The notes beneath the pieces were generated by a model. It was given only the letters and a program-made list of their open reading frames with translations, was not told the origin of the DNA and searched no databases. A stretch of DNA of 64,000 bases from positions 2,080,001-2,144,000 of the forward strand of contig OY970208.1 in NCBI GenBank assembly GCA_963713865.1, written 5' to 3'. This stretch comes from an uncultured candidate division Zixibacteria bacterium (GTDB lineage Bacteria > Zixibacteria > MSB-5A5 > RBG-16-43-9). The position numbers and the translations under genes are program-made. Of the stretch, positions 54,131-63,596 are shown one piece after another. Numbering within the stretch: the stretch's first letter is position 1; each line of letters starts with the position of its first letter.

Positions 54131-54961
54131 TTAAAGCTTCTCAGACCCTACCCCTGCTGGAGCTAAAACTTTGAATTCATCCCTTTCAATTAAGCTGATA
54201 GCTTCATTTGGACAAACCGCTCTACAAATTCCACACCCGTAACATCTTTGAGGGTCTATACTGCATTTTTCATTAAAAGCAGAAAAAAGTATAGCTCCAT
54301 ACTGGCAGAACTTCTTGCATTCCTTACACCCGGTGCATTTATCCCAGTCTGTGACACCCACGTATTCTGCTTTAAAGAACATGGGGATATTATAATTGAA
54401 GCTCATCTGATATGCTAAACAATCAGAATCGCAGTTGCAAAGCCCGCCGATAAAGGGAGTTTGGAAAGTCCAGACCGAGTGAACCAGCCCCTGCTCATCC
54501 ATCACTCTGAAAGCCTGCTTGGCCTGCTCCTGGCTCAGAACTTCGAAATCGCGAGTGAGGTCAGGAAATTCATCAAAAATTCCCTTCACCGGCGCACTGA
54601 TCCCAAAACAGTATCTCACTTCCTTGCCCAACGTAACTTTTCGGCACACACAGGGAAGCCTGACCACCACTTTCACCAGATCCACGATCTTCTCAATATC
54701 CTCAATCGAAACGATCTGCCCATAGTGAACCTTCTTCTGTTTTCTTACCACCAGATTCCTCATAAATCTCTTGACAAAATTAGGTCCTTTGCGAAGAGAA
54801 TCCATTTCAGAAAGTATTTTGGATGTATCCCCGGTAAACTCCCTGAAAAATTTCCGCATAAACTCATCGCTTTTCTTCTGGTGAAACAGCTCCTCAGAAT
54901 AGTTTTTCATCAGAAGATACCATTTCTTCCCCTCGCCGTGCTGATGACAGAACTCACACAT
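54131..54961 (-). CDS. 4Fe-4S dicluster-domain protein; start set at MCEFC (54961)
   Basis: C-terminal CTGCKECKKFC and CYGCGICRAVCP; extra CVCR and CNCDSDC; CAGGAG RBS. Confidence 0.85.
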   Translation of the reverse strand: MCEFCHQHGEGKKWYLLMKNYSEELFHQKKSDEFMRKFFREFTGDTSKILSEMDSLRKGPNFVKRFMRNLVVRKQKKVHYGQIVSIEDIEKIVDLVKVVVRLPCVCRKVTLGKEVRYCFGISAPVKGIFDEFPDLTRDFEVLSQEQAKQAFRVMDEQGLVHSVWTFQTPFIGGLCNCDSDCLAYQMSFNYNIPMFFKAEYVGVTDWDKCTGCKECKKFCQYGAILFSAFNEKCSIDPQRCYGCGICRAVCPNEAISLIERDEFKVLAPAGVGSEKL

Positions 54962-54996
54962 ATATTTCTCCTGGATTAAGTTGGAATCCAATCCCA

Positions 54997-55026
54997 GTGC
55001 TTGCCAGGTCCCCTGACCTGGCAAGT
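54997..55026. repeat. REP-like hairpin; second copy at about 61890-61918
   Basis: GTGCTTGCCAGGTC-CCCT-GACCTGGCAAG vs GTGCTTGCCAGGTCCCCTTGCCTGACAAG. Confidence 0.7.
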
Positions 55027-55063
55027 CAAGGGGTGGAAAAGTTTGACTAATCTCTTTCTCTTT

Positions 55064-56461
55064 TCAGGATCTCTTTTTCCACTTAGTCCCTCCAGAAGTA
55101 TCCTCAAGGATAATCCCTAAAGCTTCTATCTCTTTTCTGATTCTATCTGCCTCTTCCCATTTTTTATCTTTACGGGCCTGGTTTCTTTTCTGAATCAGCT
55201 CCACAACTTTTTCGTCTAAGGTAATCTCTTCCCTTTTTAAAATCCCTAAGACCGAATCAAATCTCTCTATTAGAGCTGATGTTTTTTCTGCATCCTGGCT
55301 GGAAAAATCACCCTCATCTATGAACTTGTTGATTTCCTTAACCAGATCGAAGATTTTCCCTAAGGCAGCAGAAACATTCAAATCATCATCCATCGCCTCC
55401 TCAAATCCTTTCTGAGCTTCTTTTAAAATTTCCTCAACCTCCGGATGACTTTTCTGGCTTTTTACATCTTTGAGCCTATCGATGAAATCGTACAATCTCT
55501 GCAGAGCATTTCTGGCTCCATCCAATCCTTCGAACGTGAAATTCAACTGCTGGCGATAATAAGTGGCTATAAGCAGATAGCGAATGGCCATAGGATTATA
55601 TCCTTTTTCCAGAAGATCCCTTAAGGTATAGAAATTCCCTAACGATTTTGACATCTTCCTGCCTTCAACTAAGAGATGTTCATTATGTATCCAGTAATTT
55701 ACGAATTTCTCACCGGTGACCCCTTCACTCTGGGCTATTTCGTTCTCATGATGAGGGAAAATCAGGTCCACTCCGCCGGTGTGAATATCAAAATGTTTCC
55801 CTAAGTATTTCATGCTCATAGCCGAGCATTCGATATGCCAGCCCGGACGACCCTTGCCGATCTCCGTCTCCCAGGATACCTCGCCATCCTCTTCATCCCA
55901 ACCTTTCCACAAAGCAAAATCCCCTACCTCTTCTTTTTCGTACGTATCCTTACTTATCCTGACACCAGCTTTCAAATCCTCCCTCTTCATTTTAGAGAGC
56001 TTTCCATAATCTTTAAATGAGGAGATCTTATAATAAATCGAACCTGCAAGCTGATAAGCATGTCCTTTTTCTAAAAGCTTTTTTACCAGCTCAACCATCT
56101 CCTTTATATGAATAGTAGCCTCTGAATAGATATCAGCCATCTCTATATTCATACTTTTAATATCCTGGAAGTAAGCTTTCTTATACCTTTTGGTATATTC
56201 GTTTAAAGGGAATTGTTTTTCTTGAGAACCTTTAATCGTCCTGTCATCCACGTCTGTCAGGTTAACCACCTGTTTGACCTCATACCCTTTATATTTTAAA
56301 TACCTTTTTACTAAATCAGCCACAACATAAGCCCTGAAATTGCCGATATGAGCAAAATCATAGACCGTAGGTCCGCATGAGTACATTTTAACTTTACCGG
56401 GTTCTATCGAAATAAATTCTTCTTTTTGACGGGTCAGGGTATTAAACAGCCTTAAGCTCAT
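55064..56461 (-). CDS. cysS: Cysteine--tRNA ligase
   Basis: CGPTVYD.AHIGN, GRPGWHIECSAM, DLIFPHHENE, KMSKS. Confidence 0.99.
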   Translation of the reverse strand: MSLRLFNTLTRQKEEFISIEPGKVKMYSCGPTVYDFAHIGNFRAYVVADLVKRYLKYKGYEVKQVVNLTDVDDRTIKGSQEKQFPLNEYTKRYKKAYFQDIKSMNIEMADIYSEATIHIKEMVELVKKLLEKGHAYQLAGSIYYKISSFKDYGKLSKMKREDLKAGVRISKDTYEKEEVGDFALWKGWDEEDGEVSWETEIGKGRPGWHIECSAMSMKYLGKHFDIHTGGVDLIFPHHENEIAQSEGVTGEKFVNYWIHNEHLLVEGRKMSKSLGNFYTLRDLLEKGYNPMAIRYLLIATYYRQQLNFTFEGLDGARNALQRLYDFIDRLKDVKSQKSHPEVEEILKEAQKGFEEAMDDDLNVSAALGKIFDLVKEINKFIDEGDFSSQDAEKTSALIERFDSVLGILKREEITLDEKVVELIQKRNQARKDKKWEEADRIRKEIEALGIILEDTSGGTKWKKRS

Positions 56462-57219
56462 ATCTTCTCCTTAAGGATTAGATTTCTATTGAAATTTCTG
56501 ATAACCTCAGGAAGTTCAACCAGATCCTTGATTACCTTATCCGGAATTATCGGAGCAGTATAATCTCTTCCCTCTTTATATTTTAAAATACCTCTCATTC
56601 CTAAATTCTTAGCTCCCCCGACATCTTCAATCAGCTTATCTCCAATAAAAACTGATTCCTCTGGCTCAACCTTTAACCTGTTTAGAGCCTGAATGAAGAT
56701 CTCAGGATGAGGTTTTTTGTAACCTACTTCAGAAGAAAACAAAACTGAGTCAAAATAAGGTAAAAGTCCAAATCTTTCAAGCTCTTTCAGGTGATATTTG
56801 GCTGGGAATATCGTATTCGAGATTAGCCCCAATATATAACCCTCTTCTTTGAAATATCTCAGAGTCTCAACTGCACCCTCGATTAAGGTAAGCTGTTCAG
56901 TTACCGGTTGATAATACGCATTTAAAAATCCGTCATAGTTTCCATCCTGTAATTCGATGTCAAGCTTTCGGAAAATATCTTCAGCTAAATCCTCAAACCT
57001 GAACTCCTCTAAATTCTGCTCTGATAATTCAAAAGAAGAGGAGAGTAACTCAGACAGAAGAACTGTGAAAAGATTAAAATCTACATCTATCAAACCTTTG
57101 TCTTTCAAAAAAGTGAAACTTCTCTCTGCCGATCTTTTACCTAAAACCACCCAGCTCGAGTTCTCAAACTCGAGCAGAGTACTTCCCATATCAAAGATTA
57201 TTCCTTTTAGTTTTGTCAT
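56458..57219 (-). CDS. HAD-superfamily hydrolase
   Basis: IIFDMGSTL, LISN, KKPHPEIF, FIGD...DV.GA. Confidence 0.9.
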   Translation of the reverse strand: MTKLKGIIFDMGSTLLEFENSSWVVLGKRSAERSFTFLKDKGLIDVDFNLFTVLLSELLSSSFELSEQNLEEFRFEDLAEDIFRKLDIELQDGNYDGFLNAYYQPVTEQLTLIEGAVETLRYFKEEGYILGLISNTIFPAKYHLKELERFGLLPYFDSVLFSSEVGYKKPHPEIFIQALNRLKVEPEESVFIGDKLIEDVGGAKNLGMRGILKYKEGRDYTAPIIPDKVIKDLVELPEVIRNFNRNLILKEKI

Positions 57220-57237
57220 TGTATTTACCTTGAGCTT

Positions 57238-58278
57238 TTAAACCTTTGAGCCTTTGAACCTTTTTATCGCCAATTTAGCAATTGTATCCACTAATTCAGT
57301 AAATTCAACCCCTAAAGCTTTAGCCGCTTTTGGAACTAAACTTGTACCTGTCATCCCCGGGAGGGTATTCACCTCCAGACAATAGAATTTATCGTCAGTT
57401 CCGTATCGAAAATCCACCCTGGCATAACCTTCGCACCCTAAAACTTTGAAAGCTCTGTATCCTGATTCCTGAATCTCGCTGGTCTTTTCTTTTGAAATCT
57501 CAGCCGGGCATATATAGCTACTTTTCCCTTTGGTATATTTGCATTCGTAGTCATAAATCCCATGCTCCGGTACTATCTCGACTACTGGAAGAGCAGAATC
57601 TCCTAAAATCCCTACAGTTAACTCCCTTCCCGGAATATATCTTTCAAAAAGAATTTTCTCCGCATAAATTTTTGCATCTTCGATCGCTTTTACTATATCT
57701 TTTTCTTCTTCAACTACAGTCAAACCTACAGTAGAACCCTGGTCATTGGGCTTCACTACCACCGGGAAGTTAAAGGAGCCTTTTATTTTATCAATAATTA
57801 TTTTTAAGTCTTTAGAATCATAGCTTTCCAAAAGGAACCATTCAGGAGTAAGAATCCCTTCTCTCTCAAACAATTTCTTAGACATTGCCTTGTCCATTGC
57901 TAAGGCGCTGGCTAAAACACCTGAGCCAGTATAAGGCATACCAGATAACTCTAAAAGAGCCTGGATTGTGCCATCTTCCCCCTGTCCACCGTGTAGAGCT
58001 AAGAATACTACTTCTACATCTGACAGGCTAAAAGATTCTATAGTTTTCAAAGCAAGTTTTTTCCCTTCAGATTGCAAGGCTTTTATATCCGGTGGTTCAG
58101 TTTTAACCCCTTCTGGTAAAAATCTTTTCTGACTCTCAGGTAATCTATTTCCTTTGACTGTATCAATTGCCATTACCTGATGACCAGCTTCCCTAAGCCC
58201 CTGGACAATAGCCTCACCTGAAGCTAAGGAGACATCTCTTTCCGCTGAAGTTCCTCCCATCAAAACCATTATTTTCAT
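57238..58278 (-). CDS. ddl: D-alanine--D-alanine ligase
   Basis: GGTSAERDVSL.SG, LHGG.GEDG, GST.G, YDYECKY, EVNTLPGMT..SL. Confidence 0.97.
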   Translation of the reverse strand: MKIMVLMGGTSAERDVSLASGEAIVQGLREAGHQVMAIDTVKGNRLPESQKRFLPEGVKTEPPDIKALQSEGKKLALKTIESFSLSDVEVVFLALHGGQGEDGTIQALLELSGMPYTGSGVLASALAMDKAMSKKLFEREGILTPEWFLLESYDSKDLKIIIDKIKGSFNFPVVVKPNDQGSTVGLTVVEEEKDIVKAIEDAKIYAEKILFERYIPGRELTVGILGDSALPVVEIVPEHGIYDYECKYTKGKSSYICPAEISKEKTSEIQESGYRAFKVLGCEGYARVDFRYGTDDKFYCLEVNTLPGMTGTSLVPKAAKALGVEFTELVDTIAKLAIKRFKGSKV

Positions 58279-58922
58279 TTTCCCGTTCCTGAAAAATTTT
58301 TATTTGACCTTTTCCTTACTATCCGGATAAGCCAGAAGATAAAAATTAAAACTACTGCAATAAAAATAAAACGGTTATATAAACTTAAAAATTTGTAAAG
58401 TTTTTGCCAGTTCTGATGTGTAAGAGCACCTAAACTGATTATAAATCCATTCCAGGCAAAAATACTTATCAGGCTATAGATGGTCATTTTCCATAATTCT
58501 ATTTTACCCAAACCAGCTGCTATCGCAATCCCGGACCTGACCCCGGCTATGAACCGACTAACTAATATAACCTTCCCCCCATATTTTCTAAACCAATTTT
58601 CTATCCTGTTAAGTTGAGTTCTGTTTAAAATCTTTCCTTTGTCTTTTTCGAAAAGCTTCCTTCCCTTTTTCATTCCAAGATAATAAAGTGCCAAAGCACC
58701 GCACAAGCTACCAGCACACGGAATAAAAAAAGCTAAAGGTAAACTCAGAACCTTGCTGGAAACTAAATATCCGCCCATGAAAGTAACTGTATCTCCAGGA
58801 TAAGGCGGGAAAATAGTCTCTATAATAGCGCTGATAAACAGAAAAAAATAGATCCACAAAACCCCATGAGAAGATATGAAATTAAGAAGCTCAGCTCCTC
58901 TACTATTAAAAAACTCTTCCAT
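58275..58922 (-). CDS. DedA family membrane protein
   Basis: E..FPP.PGD, G...G...LY..G, SRFIAGVR. Confidence 0.9.
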   Translation of the reverse strand: MEEFFNSRGAELLNFISSHGVLWIYFFLFISAIIETIFPPYPGDTVTFMGGYLVSSKVLSLPLAFFIPCAGSLCGALALYYLGMKKGRKLFEKDKGKILNRTQLNRIENWFRKYGGKVILVSRFIAGVRSGIAIAAGLGKIELWKMTIYSLISIFAWNGFIISLGALTHQNWQKLYKFLSLYNRFIFIAVVLIFIFWLIRIVRKRSNKNFSGTGK

Positions 58923-58925
58923 TGC

Positions 58926-59408
58926 CTATTGCCTGTTACCTTTTGCCTGTATTAAAACCACCGCATAAGCTCCAATCCCTTCTTTCTTTCCAGTAAACCC
59001 CATTCCTTCAGTTGTGGTGGCTTTGATCGAAACATTTTCCCTGGATATACTCAAGGAATCTGCGATATTTTTTCTCATCTTCTCAATATATTTAGCCATT
59101 TTCGGCTCTTCTGCCACAATCATCGAATCGATATGCAGAATCTCAGCTTTTCTAATCTTCTTTTTAATCAACATTAGAAGTTTTAAACTTGAAATACCTT
59201 TGAATTTCTTATCAGTATTTGGAAAATGTTTACCTAAATCACCTAAGGAGAGCGCCCCTAAGATAGCATTGCCAATAGAATGGGACAAAACATCCGCATC
59301 CGAATAACCCAAAAGCCCCTTTTTATAAGTAATCTTCACCCCACCTAAGATTAAATCCCTCCCCTTCACCAACCTGTGAGCATCATATCCAAATCCTATT
59401 TTTAGCAT
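58926..59408 (-). CDS. ispF: 2-C-methyl-D-erythritol 2,4-cyclodiphosphate synthase
   Basis: IGFGYDAH, SDADV..H, GDLG.HFP, IKATTTE.MGF.G. Confidence 0.95.
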   Translation of the reverse strand: MLKIGFGYDAHRLVKGRDLILGGVKITYKKGLLGYSDADVLSHSIGNAILGALSLGDLGKHFPNTDKKFKGISSLKLLMLIKKKIRKAEILHIDSMIVAEEPKMAKYIEKMRKNIADSLSISRENVSIKATTTEGMGFTGKKEGIGAYAVVLIQAKGNRQ

Positions 59409-59430
59409 CTTATATACCTCTCTTACTGAG

Positions 59431-60100
59431 AACCTCCCCTTTATCCCCTCCTTAAAAAGGAGGGGATATTCTTCCCCCTCTCCTTCCCAAGGAGAGGGTT
59501 GGGGTGAGGTTATTACAAGTTTTTAATATATCCGCTAGAACTCCATCTATATTCCATATCACATCATTATTATTGTATCTAACCACTGTAAAACCCCGCC
59601 TTTCCAACTCTTGTTGTCGCCTCTTATCATTTTTAATTCTCTGGGGATCAACATGAACATCTCCATCGACCTCAATTACGAGACACAATTCGGGACAATA
59701 AAAATCTACAATAAAGTGACCTATCTGATGTTGTCTTCTGAATTTAAACCTAGCTAACTGTTTCAATCTAAGCTTTTGCCATAATTTTCTCTCAGATGGA
59801 GTAAGATTCTTTCTTAATTTTCTTCTTTGTTCTAAACCCCCTCTATATCCCCTCCTTAAAAAGGAAGGGACTTTTCTCCCTCTCCTTTCCAAGAAGAGGG
59901 CTGGGGTGAGGTTATTATTTTCTTCCTCTCCTTTATAAGAAGAGGGTTGGGAGGAGGTTCTTTCTCTCATTTTTCCATTTAAGTGAAGTAACATCCTTTT
60001 ATGATTTTCCCTCTGTTCTAAACTCCCCTTTATCCCCTCCTTAAAAAAGAGGGGATATTCTTTCCCTTCTCCTTACCAAGGAGAGAGTGGGAAAGATTAT
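59431..60100. repeat. Three ~85-bp direct repeats of a double-hairpin REP-like unit plus one half copy
   Basis: Copies at about 59431-59515, 59826-59918, 59919-59960 (half) and 60013-60100; core TCCCCTCCTT-AA-AAAGGAGGGGA and CCCTCTCCTT-NNN-AAGGAGAGGG-TTGGGGTGAGG. Confidence 0.85.
59452..59994 (-). CDS. DUF559 / Vsr-like endonuclease domain protein; start uncertain
   Basis: RKLRKN.TPSE.KLW..LR, FRRQH.IG.FIVDFYC, VIEVDG..H, D..R...L...GF.V.R. Confidence 0.88.
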   Translation of the reverse strand: MLLHLNGKMRERTSSQPSSYKGEEENNNLTPALFLERRGRKVPSFLRRGYRGGLEQRRKLRKNLTPSERKLWQKLRLKQLARFKFRRQHQIGHFIVDFYCPELCLVIEVDGDVHVDPQRIKNDKRRQQELERRGFTVVRYNNNDVIWNIDGVLADILKTCNNLTPTLSLGRRGGRISPPF

Positions 60101-60109
60101 AACTTCTCT

Positions 60110-60790
60110 CTATCTTTCTAAAATTCTTTTTGCCAAAACTAAATCCTCAGGTGTGGTGATTTTTATATTCTGAGATTCTCCTTCCAGAACCCTCACTTTA
60201 AATCCTAATCTTTCAACTAAAGAGGAATCGTCTGTTCCTATGAAACTATTTTCTGCCGCTTTTTTATATGCCTCTAAAATTAATTTATATTCAAACGTTT
60301 GAGGAGTCTGCGCAATCCAGAGCTTTTCCCGGTCCAGAGTAGTAACGACATATTCCTCATCCACTCTTTTTACGGTATCATTCACCGGCAGAGCTAAGAT
60401 AACTGCTTTTTCTTTTTTACACATCTCGATAGATTTACCAATCTTTTCTGTCGAGATAAAAGGCCTGACCCCATCGTGAATGAGAACTATGTCTGTATCC
60501 CTGGATAAAGCTAAAAGCCCTTTATAAACTGAATCCTGCCTTTCTTTCCCGCCGGAGAGAATCCTCTTTACTTTCTTGATATCACATACATCCACTATGT
60601 TATAGGAGCAGAAAGACATATAATCCTCAGGCACCACTAAAATTATCTCATCTATTAACTCGCACTTCTCAAATTTCTCTACAGTATAAGCCAAGACCGG
60701 TTTCTTTTTTATCTCGACAAACTGTTTGGGCAGAATACCTCCAATCCTCTCCCCTCTGCCACCTGCCGCTATAATCGCTTTTACTTTCAT
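60110..60790 (-). CDS. ispD: 2-C-methyl-D-erythritol 4-phosphate cytidylyltransferase
   Basis: AAGG.GER, PKQF, GG.ERQDSV, IHDGVRPF, QTPQ.F, TDD, NIKITT.EDL. Confidence 0.97.
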   Translation of the reverse strand: MKVKAIIAAGGRGERIGGILPKQFVEIKKKPVLAYTVEKFEKCELIDEIILVVPEDYMSFCSYNIVDVCDIKKVKRILSGGKERQDSVYKGLLALSRDTDIVLIHDGVRPFISTEKIGKSIEMCKKEKAVILALPVNDTVKRVDEEYVVTTLDREKLWIAQTPQTFEYKLILEAYKKAAENSFIGTDDSSLVERLGFKVRVLEGESQNIKITTPEDLVLAKRILER

Positions 60791-60814
60791 CTTTTTCCTA
60801 CTTCCTCCTACTTT

Positions 60815-61840
60815 TTATAGAATCAACATCGCATCACCGTAACTATAAAATCTATATCTTTCTTTTATTGCCTCTTCATAAGCCTTAAAGATAAGCTCTC
60901 TCCCCGCAAAAGCACAGACTAAAAGAAACAGGGTTGATTTAGGCAGATGGAAATTGGTAACCATTCCATCCACTATTTTAAAATCATAAGGAGGATAGAT
61001 AAACTTCTCTGTCCACCCTCTATAAGACCAAAGTTCATCCCTGGCTGCAGTTTCTAAAGCCCTCACCACAGAGGTCCCCACTGCAAATATTTTTCCTCCA
61101 TTTTCTTTAACCGAATTTACCCTCGTAGCAGACTCTTCACTTATCTCAAAAAACTCCTCCTCCATTTTATGTTCTTTTAAATTTAAAGCTCGGACAGGTT
61201 TAAAAGTCCCCCAGCCGATATGCAATGTGATCGGAATTATTTCTATCCTCTTATTTTTTATATTTTCCAGAAGTTCTTCTGTGAAATGCAAACCAGCAGT
61301 TGGAGCTGCAACTGCACCTTTCTCTTTAGCATAGACAGTTTGGTATCTATCTATGTCTTTTATATCAGGCTCTCTTTTAATGTAAGGTGGTAAAGGGGTA
61401 TTGCCTATTTTCTCTAAGAGATTATAAATATCTCCGGAATAATCAAATCGGGCTAAATCTGCCCCGGATGAGCTTTTTTCTAAAATCTCACAAGTCAGTT
61501 TCCCTTCATTGAAAACGATGATTGAACCAGTAAGGTTTTTCTTTTTAGGTTTTAACAAAACCTCCCAGATTCCATCATCTATTTTCCTGAGCATAAAAAC
61601 TTCGGCTTTTGCACCACTTGTTTGATTTATCCCCATAAGCCTGGCAGGAAAAACCTTAGTCTGATTTATAACTAAGGCATCTTTCGGCTTCAGATACTCG
61701 GTTATCTCATAGAATTTTTTATGCTCTAACTCACCCTTGTCGCGATGCAAAACCAGAAGCCGGGAAAGATCCCTTCTCTCAACAGGATATTGAGCGATTA
61801 ATTCTTTGGGCAGTTTGAAATCAAAATCTGTAAGTTTCAT
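60815..61840 (-). CDS. queA: S-adenosylmethionine:tRNA ribosyltransferase-isomerase
   Basis: DFDF.LP.ELIAQYP, PLPPYI, AAPTAGLHF, TNFHLPKSTL, YRFYSYGDAM. Confidence 0.98.
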   Translation of the reverse strand: MKLTDFDFKLPKELIAQYPVERRDLSRLLVLHRDKGELEHKKFYEITEYLKPKDALVINQTKVFPARLMGINQTSGAKAEVFMLRKIDDGIWEVLLKPKKKNLTGSIIVFNEGKLTCEILEKSSSGADLARFDYSGDIYNLLEKIGNTPLPPYIKREPDIKDIDRYQTVYAKEKGAVAAPTAGLHFTEELLENIKNKRIEIIPITLHIGWGTFKPVRALNLKEHKMEEEFFEISEESATRVNSVKENGGKIFAVGTSVVRALETAARDELWSYRGWTEKFIYPPYDFKIVDGMVTNFHLPKSTLFLLVCAFAGRELIFKAYEEAIKERYRFYSYGDAMLIL

Positions 61841-61978
61841 ATCCTTGTAATTGTCCAATTCATTGGGTTATTTCCTATCCATCTCTTTTGTGCTTGCCAG
61901 GTCCCCTTGCCTGACAAGATTTTGCCATTGTCACAGGAGTAGTAACACTACAGTTTATAGACGCATTGCTATGCGTCT

Positions 61979-62707
61979 CTATAATTTATCCCACTTCCTG
62001 AACACTTCTAAAATTAACTTCTTGATTTTCTCTGCTACTTTCTCCAGATAGATTTTCGCCTTTTTCTCATCGAAATCCGGGTAACCTTCTTTTTCTTTAT
62101 AAAGGATTATAGAGGAAGGTGTGGGCATAACGTTCATGGCTTCATCGTATTTGTAAGCCATCTCTTTTTTATATCTTTCTTTTTTCACTAAAGTCTTATC
62201 GATAGCCAAAATCCCGGCAGTCTCATCGACTCCTGCATGACCTCCGGGTACTCCATAAACCTGTTTGGTAATATCCTCACACAGGAGCCACCAGTGGATT
62301 ACCGCTATTTTAGCTTTTCTGTTTTTATAGACTTTCAGAGCCGCATTTTTGAGCTCGTTCAGATGACCTCCATGCCCGTTGATTACCACGATCCTGGAAA
62401 ACCCTTTCTCCGCCATAGAATCCAGAATCTCATAAAGGTAATTTTCAAAAGTCTGCGAGGTCACGCTTAAAGAGCCGGGGTAAAAATAGAGGTTTCGGGT
62501 AACGCCATAATAAACTGGTGGTGCAATTATCGCCTTTAAATCTTCAGCCATCATTTCAGCAATCTTCAGAGGGATCTGCACATCCGTTCCCAGGCTGATC
62601 ACACCGTGAGCCTCAATCGTTCCCACCGGCAGGATTACTGTCTTTATTTTCTTGGGAACCAGTTCTTTAAACTCCATCCAGTTAAGATTTTCAAGTTTGT
62701 AGAGCAT
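61979..62707 (-). CDS. Creatininase / creatinine amidohydrolase family protein
   Basis: LPVGTIEAHG...GTD, NGHGG, GHAGVDET. Confidence 0.9.
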   Translation of the reverse strand: MLYKLENLNWMEFKELVPKKIKTVILPVGTIEAHGVISLGTDVQIPLKIAEMMAEDLKAIIAPPVYYGVTRNLYFYPGSLSVTSQTFENYLYEILDSMAEKGFSRIVVINGHGGHLNELKNAALKVYKNRKAKIAVIHWWLLCEDITKQVYGVPGGHAGVDETAGILAIDKTLVKKERYKKEMAYKYDEAMNVMPTPSSIILYKEKEGYPDFDEKKAKIYLEKVAEKIKKLILEVFRKWDKL

Positions 62708-62775
62708 AGAAATATCCTTTTTGAGGTTTGAGATTACAGAATATTCGTCTTACTTCTTACATCTTACGTCTTACT

Positions 62776-63522
62776 TTATTTGTACTCCAGAACGTAAACC
62801 GTCATCTCCTTTGGCAGAGCATCCTTTTTGAGGGTAATAGAACTTTTTCCAACTTTATTTACATTTTTCTTCCCCTTCAAAAAAGGCTCAATCCCGGAAA
62901 TAGGAAAACCAGAACCCATAACTGCGGTTTTGTAATGCATTGGAAAAACTACCCTGGGGTTCAATTTGTTTACGATTTTAGTAGCCTGATCAGCATTGAT
63001 GGTAAAATAACCTCCTACCGGTATGAAAACCACATCCACTGCACCAATCTCTTTGAATTGCGAATCGGTCAGATCAACTCCTAAATCTCCGAAATGAGCG
63101 AATTTTAAGCCTTCAAGCTCCCAGATGCGAATATAATTATCCCCCCTGCCCGCACCATGAGAAGTTTTGACTGCTTTGAAGGTTATCCCTTTTAAAGTCT
63201 TTTCACCTGCACCTCTTACTACCTCAGGTTTTCCACTTATGGCTGAGACATTGTTATGGTCAGAGTGTTCATGACTGACCAGTACTATATCTGCACCAAC
63301 ATCGGGTAAAGGATAACCTACGTTTTTGTCAAATGGGTCGGTAACGATTTTGACTCCATCTGAAATCAAAAAGCAGGAATGTCCAAACCATCTGACAGTA
63401 AGTTCTTTGTTATCCATTTTTACTCCTTTCTCCTCTTTTTTTTGAGCTTGAGCAAGACTAAAAATCAGGGTTAAAGAAAACAACCCGAAAAATAACATCG
63501 ATATTTTGATTTTCTTAAACAT
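62776..63522 (-). CDS. Metallo-beta-lactamase-fold hydrolase with a probable signal peptide; start set at MFKKIK (63522)
   Basis: WFGHSCF, TDPF, SHEHSDH, HFGDLG, PVGG, PMHY; GGAGG RBS. Confidence 0.88.
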   Translation of the reverse strand: MFKKIKISMLFFGLFSLTLIFSLAQAQKKEEKGVKMDNKELTVRWFGHSCFLISDGVKIVTDPFDKNVGYPLPDVGADIVLVSHEHSDHNNVSAISGKPEVVRGAGEKTLKGITFKAVKTSHGAGRGDNYIRIWELEGLKFAHFGDLGVDLTDSQFKEIGAVDVVFIPVGGYFTINADQATKIVNKLNPRVVFPMHYKTAVMGSGFPISGIEPFLKGKKNVNKVGKSSITLKKDALPKEMTVYVLEYK

Positions 63523-63596
63523 AAAAACCTCCTTATTTGTTTTGAAGTAATAAGGGTGGAGACAAGCTCCATCCCTACGCAACTAAACCTTTAGGT

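Noticed and set aside
59270-59310. IspF inactivation (GYSDAD instead of HSD; GNA instead of DA)
   Set aside because: The zinc ligands (D, H, H) and the rest of the ORF are intact; the substitutions alone do not support loss of function
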